DNA from: Eledone cirrhosa
Taxonomy: Eukaryota
NCBI GenBank assembly: GCA_964016885.1
Contig: OZ024741.1
Coordinates: 104,656,001-104,720,000, forward strand
DNA: 64,000 nt
Reading direction: 5' to 3'
Below the pieces are notes generated by a model that was given only the letters and a program-made list of their open reading frames with translations, was not told where the DNA came from and did no database searches. Positions 38,901-50,135 of this stretch are shown here, one piece after another. Within the stretch, counting starts at the first letter, position 1; the number at the start of each line of letters is the position of its first letter. Made by a program: the position numbers and the translations under genes.

Positions 38901-41900
38901 TGTTGGTGGTGTCGTTGTTTTTAGTGGTGTCGTTGTTGTTGTTGGTGGTGTCGTTGTTGTTGGTGGTGTCGTTGTTGTTGTTGTTGGTGGTGTCGTTGTT
39001 TTTGGTGGTGTCGTTGTTGGTGGTGGTGTCGTTGTTGGTGACGGTGTCGTTGTTGTTGGTGGTGTCGTTGTTAGTGGTGTCGTTGTTGGTGGTGGTGTCT
39101 TTGTTTGTAGTGGTGTCGTTGTTGTTGGTGGTGTCGTTGTTGTTGGTGGTGTTGTTGTTGTTGGTGGTGTCGTTGTTGTTGGTGGTGTCGTTGTTGTTGG
39201 TGGTGGTGTCGTTGTTGTTGTTGGTGGTGTCGTTGTTGTTGGTGGTGTCGTTGTTGTTGGTGGTGTCGTTGTTGTTGGTGGTGTCGTTGTTGTTGGTGGT
39301 GTCGTTGTTTGTGGTGTCGTTGTTGTTGTTGGTGGTGTCGTTGTTGTTGGTGGTGTCGTTGTTGTTGTTGGTGGTGTCGTTGTTGGTGGTGGTGTCGTTG
39401 TTGGTGGTGGTGTCGTTGTTGTTGGTGGTGTCGTTGTTGTTGGTGGTGTCGTTGTTGTTGGTGGTGGTGTCGTTGTTGTTGTTGGTGTCGTTGTTGTTGG
39501 TGGTGTCGTTGTTGTTGGTGGTGTCGTTGTTGTTGTTGGTGGTGTCGTTGTTGTTGGTGGTGTCGTTGTTGTTGTTGGTGGTGTCGTTGTTGTTGGTGGT
39601 GTCGTTGTTGTTGGTGGTGTCGTTGTTGTTGGTGGTGTCGTTGTTGTTGGTGGTGGTGTCGTTGTTGTTGGTGGTGTCGTTGTTGTTGGTGGTGTCGTTG
39701 TTGTTGTTGGTGGTGTCGTTGTTGTTGGTGGTGTCGTTGTTGTTGTTGGTGGTGTCGTTGTTGTTGGTGGTGTCGTTGTTGTTGGTGGTGTCGTTGTTGT
39801 TGGTGGTGTCGTTGTTGTTGGTGGTGGTGTCGTTGTTGTTGGTGGTGTCGTTGTTGTTGGTGGTGTCGTTGTTGTTGGTGGTGTCGTTGTTGTTGGTGGT
39901 GGTGTCGTTGTTGTTGTTGGTGTCGTTGTTGTTGGTGGTGTCGTTGTTGTTGGTGGTGTCGTTGTTGTTGGTGGTGTCGTTGTTGTTGGTGGTGTCGTTG
40001 TTGTTGTTGGTGTCGTTGTTGTTGTTGGTGGTGTCGTTGTTGTTGGTGGTGTCGTTGTTGTTGTTGGTGGTGTCGTTGTTGTTGGTGGTGTCGTTGTTGT
40101 TGGTGGTGTCGTTGTTGTTGGTGGTGTCGTTGTTGTTGGTGGTGGTGTCGTTGTTGTTGGTGGTGTCGTTGTTGTTGGTGGTGTCGTTGTTGTTGGTGGT
40201 GTCGTTGTTGTTGGTGGTGGTGTCGTTGTTGTTGTTGGTGTCGTTGTTGTTGTTGGTGGTGTCGTTGTTGTTGGTGGTGTCGTTGTTGTTGGTGGTGTCG
40301 TTGTTGTTGGTGGTGTCGTTGTTGTTGGTGGTGTCGTTGTTGTTGGTGGTGGTGTCGTTGTTGTTGTTGTTGGTGTCGTTGTTGTTGGTGGTGTCGTTGT
40401 TGTTGGTGGTGTCGTTGTTGTTGGTGGTGTCGTTGTTGTTGGTGGTGTCGTTGTTGTTGTTGGTGTCGTTGTTGTTGTTGGTGGTGTCGTTGTTGTTGGT
40501 GGTGTCGTTGTTGTTGTTGGTGGTGTCGTTGTTGTTGGTGGTGTCGTTGTTGTTGGTGGTGTCGTTGTTGTTGGTGGTGTCGTTGTTGTTGGTGGTGTCG
40601 TTGTTTGTGGTGTCGTTGTTGTTGTTGGTGGTGTGGTTGTTGTTGGTGGTGTCGTTGTTGGTGGTGGTGTCGTTGTTGTTGGTGGTGTCGTTGTTGTTGG
40701 TGGTGGTGTCGTTGTTGGTGGTGGTGTCGTTGTTGTTGTTGGTGGTGTCGTTGTTGTTGGTGGTGTCGTTGTTGTTGTTGTTGGTGGTGTCGTTGCTGTT
40801 GTTGGTGGTGTCGTTGATGGTGGTGGTGTCGTTGTTGTTGTTGGTGGTGTCGTTGTTGTTGTTGGTGGTGTCGTTGTTGTTGGTGGTGTCGTTGTTGTTG
40901 TTGGCGGTGTCGTTGTTGTTGTTGGTGGTGTTGTTGTTGTTGGTGGTGTCGTTGTTGTTGGTGGTGTCGTTGTTGTTGTTGTTGGTGGTGTCGTTGCTGT
41001 TGTTGGTGGTGTCGTTGATGGTGGTGGTGTCGTTGTTGTTGTTGGTGGTGTCGTTGTTGTTGTTGGTGGTGTCGTTGTTGTTGGTGGTGTCGTTGTTGTT
41101 GTTGGTGGTGTTGTTGTTGTTGGTGGTGTCGTTGTTGTTGGTGGTGTCGTTGTTGTTGGTGGTGGTGTCGTTGTTGTTGTTGGTGGTGTCGTTGTTGTTG
41201 GTGGTGTCGTTGTTGTTGGTGGTGTCGTTGTTGTTGGTGGTGTCGTCGTTGTTGGTGGTGTCGTTGTTGGTGGTGGTGTCGTTGTTGTTGGTGGTGGTGT
41301 CGTTGTTGTTGTTGGTGGTGTCGTTGTTGTTGGTGGTGTCGTTGTTGGTGGTGGTGTCGTTGTTGTTGTTGGTGGTGTCGTTGTTGTTGTTGGTGGTGTC
41401 GTTGTTGTTGGTGGTGTCGTTGTTTGTGGTGTCGTTGTTGTTGTTGGTGGTGTCGTTGTTGTTGTTGGTGGTGTCGTTGTTGTTGTTGGTGGTGTCGTTG
41501 TTGTTGTTGGCGGTGTCGTTGTTGTTGTTGGTGGTGTCGTTGTTGTTGGTGGTGTCGTTGTTGTTGGTGGTGGTGTCGTTGTTGGTGGTGTCGTTGTCGT
41601 TGTTGGTGGTGTCGTTGTTGTTGGTGGTGTCGTTTTTGTTGTTGGTGGTGTGGTTGTTGTTGTTGGTGTCGTTGCTGTTGGTGTCGTTGTTGTTGGTGGT
41701 GTCGTTGTTGTTGTTGGTGTCGTTGTTGTTGGTGGTGTCGTTGTTGTTGTTGGTGTCGTTGTTGTTGTTGGTGTCGTTGTTGTTGGTGGTGTCGTTGTTG
41801 TTGTTGGTGTCGTTGTTGTTGGTGGTGTCGTTGTTGTTGGTGGTGTCGTTGTTGTTGTTGGTGTCGTTGTTGTTGGTGGTGTCGTTGTTGTTGTTAGTGG

Positions 41901-44900
41901 TGTCTTTGTTGTTGGTGGTGTCGTTGTTGTTGGTGGTGTCGTTGTTGTTGTTGGTGGTGTCATTGGTGGTGGTGGTGTCGTTGTTGTTGTTGGTGGTGTC
42001 GTTGTTGTTGGTGGTGTCGTTGTTGTTTGTGGTGTCGTCGTTGTTTATGGTGGTGTCGTTGTTGTTGGTGGTGTCGTTGTTGTTGGTGGTGTCGTTGTTG
42101 TTGTTGGTGGTGTCGTTGTTGTTGGTGGTGTCGTTGTTGTTGGTGGTGGTGTCGTTGTTGTTGGTGGTGGTGTCGTTGTCGTTGTTGGTGTCGTTGTTGT
42201 TGGTGGTGGTGTCGTTGTTGGTGGTGTCGTTGTTGTTGTTGGTGTCGTTGTTGTTGTTGGTGGTGTCGTTGTTGTTGTTGGTGTCGTTGTTGTTGTTGTT
42301 GGTGGTGTCGTTGTTGGTGGTGGTGTCGTTGTTGTTGGTGTCGTTGTTGTTGTTGGTGTCGTTGTTGTTGTTGGTGGTGTCGTTGTTGTTGTTGGTGTCG
42401 TTGTTGTTGTTGGTGGTGTCGTTGTTGGTGGTGGTGTCGTTGTTGTTGTTGGTGTCGTTGTTGTTGTTGGTGGTGTCGTTGTTGTTGGTGGTGGTGTCGT
42501 TGTTGTTGGTGTCGTTGTTGTTGTTGGTGTCGTTGTTGGTGGTGGTGTCGTTGTTGTTGGTGGTGTCGTTGTTGTTGTTGGTGTCGTTGTTCGTGGTGGT
42601 GGTGTCGTTGTTGGTGGTGGTGTCGTTGTTGTTGGTGGTGGTGTCGTTGTTGGTGGTGGTGTCGTTGTTGTTGTTGGTGGTGTCGTTGTTGTTGGTGGTG
42701 TCGTTGTTGTTGTTGTTGGTGGTGTCGTTGCTGTTGTTGGTGGTGTCGTTGATGGTGGTGGTGTCGTTGTTGTTGTTGGTGGTGTCGTTGTTGTTGTTGG
42801 TGGTGTCGTTGTTGTTGGTGGTGTCGTTGTTGTTGGTGGTGTCGTTGTTGTTGTTGGTGGTGTCGTTGTTGTTGTTGGTGTCGTTGTTGTTGTTGGTGGT
42901 GTCGTTGTTGTTGGTGGTGGTGTCGTTGTTGTTGTTGGTGTCGTTGTTGTTGTTGGTGGTGTCGTTGTTGTTGGTGGTGGTGTCGTTGTTGTTGGTGTCG
43001 TTGTTGTTGTTGGTGTCGTTGTTGGTGGTGGTGTCGTTGTTGTTGGTGGTGTCGTTGTTGTTGTTGGTGTCGTTGTTGGTGGTGGTGGTGTCGTTGTTGG
43101 TGGTGGTGTCGTTGTTGTTGGTGGTGGTGTCGTTGTTGGTGGTGGTGTCGTTGTTGTTGTTGGTGGTGTCGTTGTTGTTGGTGGTGTCGTTGTTGTTGTT
43201 GTTGGTGGTGTCGTTGCTGTTGTTGGTGGTGTCGTTGATGGTGGTGGTGTCGTTGTTGTTGTTGGTGGTGTCGTTGTTGTTGTTGGTGGTGTCGTTGTTG
43301 TTGGTGGTGTCGTTGTTGTTGGTGGTGTCGTTGTTGGTGGTGGTGTCGTTGTTGTTGTTGGTGGTGTTGTTGTTGTTGGTGGTGTCGTTGTTGTTGGTGG
43401 TGTCGTCGTTGTTGGTGGTGTCGTTGTTGGTGGTGGTGTCGTTGTTGTTGGTGGTGTCGTTGTTGGTGGTGGTGTCGTTGTTGTTGTTGGTGGTGTCGTT
43501 GTTGTTGTTGGCGGTGTCGTTGTTGTTGTTGGTGGTGTCGTTGTTGTTGTTGGTGGTGTTGTTGTTGTTGGTGGTGTCGTTGTTGTTGGTGCTGTTGTCG
43601 TTGTTGGTGGTGTCGTTGTTGGTGGTGGTGTCGTTGTTGTTGGTGGTGTCGTTGTTGGTGGTGGTGTCGTTGTTGTTGTTGTTGGTGTCGTTGTTGTTGT
43701 TGGTGGTGTCGTTGTTGTTGGTGGTGTCGTTGTTTGTGGTGTCGTTGTTGTTGTTGGTGGTGTCGTTGTTGTTGTTGGTGGTGTCGTTGTTGTTGGTGGT
43801 GTCGTTGTTTGTGGTGTCGTTGTTGTTGTTGGTGGTGTCGTTGTTGTTGTTGGTGGTGTCGTTGTTGTTGTTGGTGGTGTCGTTGTTGGTGGTGGTGTCG
43901 TTGTTGGTGGTGGTGTCGTTGTTGGTGGTGGTGTCGTTGTTGGTGGTGTGGTTGTTGTTGGTGGTGTCGTTGTTGGTGGTGGTGGTGTCGTTGTTGGTGG
44001 TGGTGTCGTTGTTGTTGGTGGTGTCGTTGTTGGTGGTGGTGTCGTTGTTGGTGGTGTCGTTGTTGTTGGTGGTGTCGTTGTTGGTGGTGGTGTCGTTGCT
44101 GTTGTTGGTGGTATCGTTGATGGTGGTGGTGTCGTTGTTGTTGTTGGTGGTGTCGTTGTTGTTGTTGGTGGTGTTGTTGTTGTTGGTGGTGTCGTTGTTG
44201 TTGGTGGTGTCGTTGTTGTTGTTGGCGGTGTCGTTGTTGTTGTTGGTGGTGTCGTTGTTGTTGTTGGTGTCGTTGTTGTTGTTGGTGGTGTCGTTGGTGG
44301 TGGTGGTGTCGTTGTTGTTGGTGGTGTCGTTGTTGTTGTTGGTGGTGTCGTTGTTGTTGTTGGTGTCGTTTTTGTTGTTGGTGGTGTGGTTGTTGTTGTT
44401 GGTGTCGTTGTTGTTGGTGGTGTCGTTGTTGTTGGTGGTGTCGTTGTTGTTGTTGGTGTCGTTTTTGTTGTTGGTGTCGTTGTTGTTGTTAGTGTCGTTG
44501 TTGTTGTTAGTGGTGTCTTTGTTGTTGGTGGTGTCGTTGTTGTTGGTGGTGTCGTTGTTGTTGTTGGTGGTGTGGTTGTTGTTGTTGGTGTCGTTGTTGT
44601 TGGTGGTGTCGTTGTTGTTGGTGGTGTCTTTGTTGTTGTTGGTGGTGTGGTTGTTGTTGTTGGTGTCGTTGTTGTTGTTGGTGTCGTTGTTGTTGTTGGT
44701 GGTGTCTTTGTTGTTGGTGGTGTCGTTGTTGTTGGTGGTGTCGTTGTTGTTGGTGGTGTCGTTGTTGTTGTTGGTGGTGTCGTTGTTGTTGGTGGTGTCG
44801 TTGTTGTTGTTGGTGGTGTCGTTGTTGTTGTTTGTGGTGACCTTGTTGTTGGTGGTGTCGTTGTTGTTGTTGGTGGTGTCTTTGTTGTTGGTGGTGTCGT

Positions 44901-47900
44901 TGTTGTTTGTGGTGTCGTCGTTGTTTATGGTGGTGTCGTTGTTGTTGGTGGTGTCGTTGTTGTTGGTGGTGTCGTTGTTGTTGTTGGTGGTGTCGTTGTT
45001 GTTGGTGGTGTCGTTGTTATTGGTGGTGTCGTTGTTGTTGTTGTTGGAGGTGTCGTTGTTGTTGTTGGTGGTGTCGTTGTTGTTGGTGGTGTCGTTGTTG
45101 TTGTTGGTGTCGTTGTTGTTGTTGGTGGTGTGGTTGTTGTTGTTGGTGTCGTTGTTGTTGGTGGTGGTGTCTTTGTTGTTGGTGGTGTCGTTGTTGTTGG
45201 TGGTGTCGTTGTTGTTGTTGGTGGTGTCGTTGGTGGTGGTGGTGTCGTTGTTGTTGTTGGTAGTGTCGTTGTTGTTGTTGTTGTTGGTGGTGACCTTGTT
45301 GTTGGTGGTGTCGTTGTTGTTGGTGGTGTCGTTGTTGTTGGTGGTGGTGTCGTTGTTGTTGGAGGTGTCGTTGTTGTTGTTGGTGTCGTTGTTGTTGGTG
45401 GTTTCGTTGTTGTTGTTGGTGTCGTTGTTGTTGGTGGTGTCGTTGTTGGTGGTGGTGTCGGTGTTGTTGTTGGTGGTGTCGTTGAGTTGTTGGTGGTGGT
45501 GTCGTTGTCGTTGGTGGTGTCGTTGTTGTTGTTGGTGGTGTCGTTGTTGTTGGTGGTGTCGTTGTTGTTGGTGGTGTCGTTGTTGGTGGTGGTGTTTTTG
45601 TTGTTGTTGGTGGTGTCGTTGTTGTTGTTGGTGTCGTTGTTGTTGTTGGTGGTGTCGTTGTTGGTGGTGGTGTCGTTGTTGTTGGTGTCGTTGTTGTTGG
45701 TGGTGGTGTCGTTGTTGTTGTTGGTGTCGTTGTTGTTGGTGGTGGTGTCGTTGTTGGTGGTGTCGTTGTTGTTGTTGGTGTCGTTGTTGTTGTTGGTGGT
45801 GTCGTTGTTGTTGTTGGTGTCGTTGTTGTTGGTGGTGTCGTTGTTGGTGGTGGTGTCGTTGTTGTTGTTGGTGGTGTCGTTGTTGTTGTTGGTGTCGTTG
45901 TTGTTGGTGGTGTCGTTGTTGGTGGTGGTGTCGTTGTTGTTGTTGGTGTCGTTGTTGTTGTTGGTGGTGTCGTTGTTGTTGTTGGTGTCGTTGTTGTTGT
46001 TGGTGGTGTCGTTGTTGTTGGTGGTGGTGTCGTTGTTGGTGGTGTCGTTGTTGTTGTTGGTGTCGTTGTTGTTGTTGGTGGTGTCGTTGTTGGTGGTGGT
46101 GTCGTTGTTGTTGTTGGTGTTGTTGTTGTTGTTGGTGGTGTGGTTGTTGTTGGTGGTGGTGTCGTTGTTGGTGGTGTCGTTGTTGTTGTTGGTGTCGTTG
46201 TTGTTGTTGGTGGTGTCGTTGTTGTTGTTGGTGTCGTTGTTGTTGTTGGTGTCGTTGTTGTTGGTGGTGGTGTCGTTGTTGTTGGTGTCGTTGTTGTTGT
46301 TGGTGTCGTTGTTGTTGTTGGTGGTGTCGTTGTTGTTGTTGGTGTCGTTGTTGTTGGTGGTGTCGTTGTTGGTGGTGGTGTCGTTGTTGTTGTTGGTGGT
46401 GTCGTTGTTGTTGTTGGTGTCGTTGTTGTTGTTGGTGGTGTCGTTGTTGTTGTTGGTGTCGTTGTTGTTGTTGGTGGTGTCGTTGTTGGTGGTGGTGTCG
46501 TTGTTGTTGTTGGTGGTGTCGTTGTTGTTGTTGGTGTCGTTGTTGTTGTTGGTGGTGTCGTTGTTGTTGTTGGTGTCGTTGTTGTTGGTGGTGTCGTTGT
46601 TGGTGGTGGTGTCGTTGTTGTTGTTGGTGGTGTCGTTGTTGTTGTTGGTGTCGTTGTTGTTGTTGGTGGTGTCGTTGTTGTTGTTGGTGTCGTTGTTGTT
46701 GGTGGTGTCGTTGTTGTTGGTGGTGGTGTCGTTGTTGTTGGTGTCGTTGTTGTTGTTGGTGTCGTTGTTGTTGTTGGTGGTGTCGTTGTTGTTGTTGGTG
46801 TCGTTGTTGTTGTTGGTGGTGTCGTTGTTGTTGGTGGTGGTGTCGTTGTTGTTGGTGTCGTTGTTGTTGTTGGTGTCGTTGTTGTTGTTGGTGGTGTCGT
46901 TGTTGTTGTTGGTGTCGTTGTTGTTGTTGGTGGTGTCGTTGTTGGTGGTGGTGTCGTTGTTGTTGGTGTCGTTGTTGTTGGTGGTGGTGTCGTTGTTGTT
47001 GGTGTCGTTGTTGTTGGTGGTGTCGTTGTTGTTGGTGGTGGTGTCGTTGTTGGTGGTGTCGTTGTTGTTGTTGGTGTCGTTGTTGTTGTTGGTGGTGTCG
47101 TTGTTGCTGTTGGTGTCGTTGTTGTTGGTGGTGGTGTCGTTGTTGGTGGTGGTGTCGTTGTTGGTGGTGTCGTTGTTGTTGTTGGTGTCGTTGTTGTTGT
47201 TAGTGGTGTCGTTGTTGTTGTTGGTGTCGTTGTTGTTGTTGGTGGTGTCGTTGTTGGTGGTGGTGTCGTTGTTGTTGTTGGTGGTGTCGTTGTTGGTGGT
47301 GGTGTCGTTGTTGTTGGTGTCGTTGTTGGTGGTGGTGTCGTTGTTGTTGGTGTCGTTGTTGTTGGTGGTGTCGTTGTTGTTGTTGGTGTCGTTGTTGTTG
47401 GTGGTGTCGTTGTTGTTGGTGGTGGTGTCGTTGTTGGTGGTGTCGTTGTTTGTGGTGTCGTTGTTGTTGTTGGTGTCGTTGTTGTTGTTGGTGTCGTTGT
47501 TGGTGGTGGTGTCGTTGTTGTTGGTGTCGTTGTTGTTGGTGGTATCGTTGTTGGTGGTGGTGTCGTTGTTGTTGGTGTCGTTGTTGTTGGTGGTGTCGTT
47601 GTTGTTGGAGGTGTCGTTGTTGTTGGTGTCGTTCTTGTTGTTGGCGTTGTCATTGTTGGTGGTGTCGTTGTTGTTGTTGGTGTCGTTGTTGTTGGTGGTG
47701 TCGTTGTTTGTGGTGTCGTTGTTGTTGTTGGTGTCGTTGTTGGTGGTGGTGTCGTTGTTGTTGGTGTCGTTGTTGTTGGTGGTGTCGTTGTTGTTGGTGG
47801 TGTCGTTGTTGTTGGTGGTATCGTTGTTGGTGGTGTCGTTGTTGGTGGTGGTGTCGTTGTTGTTGGTGTCGTTGTTGTTGGTGGTGTCGTTGTTGGTGGT

Positions 47901-48690
47901 GTTGTCGTTGTTGGTGGTGTCGTTGTTGTTGTTGGCGTTGTCATTGTTGGTGGTGTCGTTGTTGTTGTTGGCGCTGTTGTTGGTGGTGGTGTCGTTGTTG
48001 GTGGTGGTGTCGTTGTTGTTGGTGGTGTCGTTGTTGTTGGTGGTGGTGTCGTTGTAGGTGGTGGTGTCGTTGTTGTTGGTGGTGTCGTTGTTGTTGGTGG
48101 TGGTGTCGTTGTTGGTGGTGGTGTCGTTGTTCATAGTGGTGTCGTTGTTGTTGTTCGTGGTGTCGTTGTTGTTGGTGGTGTCGTTGTTGTTGGTCTGTGT
48201 CGTTATTGGTGGTGGTGTCGTTGTTGTTGGTGGTGTCGTTGTTGTTTTTGGTGGTGTCGTTGTTGGTAGTGGTGTCGTTGTTGGTGGTGGTGTCGTTGTT
48301 GTTGGTGGTGGTGTCGTTGTTGGTGGTCGTGTCGTTGTTTATAGTGGTGTCGTTGTTGTTGTTGGTGGTGTCGTTGTTGGTGGTGGTGTCGTTGTTGGTG
48401 GTGGTGTCGTTGTTGGTAGTGGTTTCGTTGTTGGTGGCGGTGTCGATGGTGGTGATGTTTATTGGCATTGATGTTGGTGATAATGGTAGTGTCATCATTG
48501 TTGATGTGTAGTTAGTGGTGGTGCTTTATTGTTTGTGTTTGTGGTTAATGTCATTATTATAGTTGTTGATGGTGTTAGTATAGTTAATGCTGGTAGTGTC
48601 GTCATCGTTGTTGCTGGGGGTGGTGTCGTTGTTGTTGTTGGGTTGGTCATCGTTGGTAGTGATGGTGTCTCATCGTTGTTGTTATTTAAC
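35932..48690 (-). repeat. 12.7-kb compound trinucleotide repeat GTC(GTT)2-5(GGT)1-4; reads as a Pro/Thr mucin-like tract on the minus strand (coding status unproven)
   Basis: Direct reading; 2039-aa PTT ORF at 35844-41963(-); TAA stops in the Pro/Thr frame at ~42045 and 44925, frame slip at ~45485; degenerate beyond ~48420. Confidence 0.95.
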
Positions 48691-49039
48691 CCTAATCGAA
48701 GATCTATAATCAAACGCGTTTAACACGCGACCATACTGTCCTTTTCTTTAAACGTACAGCCATTTCATCAAATGTGTCCCTTCTATTTGTTAAAAAGCTA
48801 TTTGATGGAGATTTGGTTGTTATTTCTAGAAAGTTGTGTGCCCGGCTTGTATTATATATGCATGCAGTTGTCTAATACAGGGGCAGTGGAACTGGGGAGA
48901 CCAAGGGAACCATGTCTCCTCCAATAATATTGTTCTTCCCAAACTACCAAAACACACATCTATTTGTATATACGCCACAATTTATGGACATGTTATGTCA
49001 CATACCATGTGTACTGCAAATGTCTAAAAGTCTAAAGTG

Positions 49040-49302
49040 TCTCTCGAGCCCGAAGGCACATTAGTCGATAATTATTTCGGTTTCTGTGGAGTTAAGTGAA
49101 TCGACCCTGGACAGGACGCCAGTCCATTGCCGGATTAAACCCCAAGCTAATACTAGTACTCATTTTCAGCTGAGTATACTGGAGCAACGTGAAATGATGT
49201 TTTATTCAGGATCACAACACACAACTCAGTCCACGAATCGAACACACGACATTATGATCGTAAGTCCAACTCCCTAACCACTAGGCCACGTGCCTCCACG
49301 CT
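49040..49302 (-). mobile_element. S2-related tRNA-derived SINE
   Basis: Minus strand: TGGCCTAGTGG A-box, GTTCGATTC B-box, ATTTCACGTTGCTCCAGT core. Confidence 0.75.
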
Positions 49303-49569
49303 GCAAATGTATCATATTTCGAGTGAACATGTTTCAATAAAATGTATTCTACGAACAACAGTGGGAAAAGAAAAAAAATGTATCATTCCCACAGTCTCTC
49401 AATGAATTCAGTCACGGCCTGTAAATACATTTCTTTACAATGTTTCACTAAACCGTATTTCTTTGCTGTTTGTTCACGAACTGTTGCACGCCCTGATTCA
49501 CCCATACAATATTTTCACATGTCTTTGTACATACATAATACATACATATATATATGTATACATACGTAC

Positions 49570-50047
49570 ATGGTGGCTGCCAACTCGTTTTCGAGTACGT
49601 CCACTACTTTATATCTATGTAGGAGAACCCCTACCGATGCGCTTAATGAGCGTGACTTTTTAGTCCAGCAAGTGACTTGAAAACTCTGGTACAAACACTA
49701 CACTTGTGACAATTATTGACACATAGTGCTGGGCCCATGGTACCATGTGACGGCAAGTGCAGAGAGATCTCCAGATATAAAAGAATGCCTGTGCCGTGAA
49801 GCTTTTATAGTGAGCAAAGGCACTGCACAAAGCCAGTCCCACTCTCTTAACCAAGATGATATTTACCAATTAGAAGAACAAGTCAACATCATTGGATACC
49901 ATCAGATTTGCAGGTGTTATATCAGAGTTTTCCTTCTCCTAGAATTCTGCCTTGACAAAGGCTATGGGGTCATCTCTCCCGGTGATTTTGGATGGCCATT
50001 GACTCTTAAGAGCTCATTTGCTCTTTGACAGGCTTTGTTTTTAGTCT
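49570..50047 (-). mobile_element. Second copy of the RTE-derived non-autonomous element
   Basis: Reverse complement of ~34745-35172 with small indels. Confidence 0.65.
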
Positions 50048-50135
50048 ATACGTGTATATACGTACAAACATATCTACATACATACATACATGCATACATA
50101 CATACATACATACATACATACATACATACATACAT

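Noticed and set aside
35933-48269. 3756-aa and 2474-aa + strand ORFs (poly-VVSLL, poly-VVGG, WWCRCC)
   Set aside because: The + strand has almost no A, so stops cannot occur; the products are implausible
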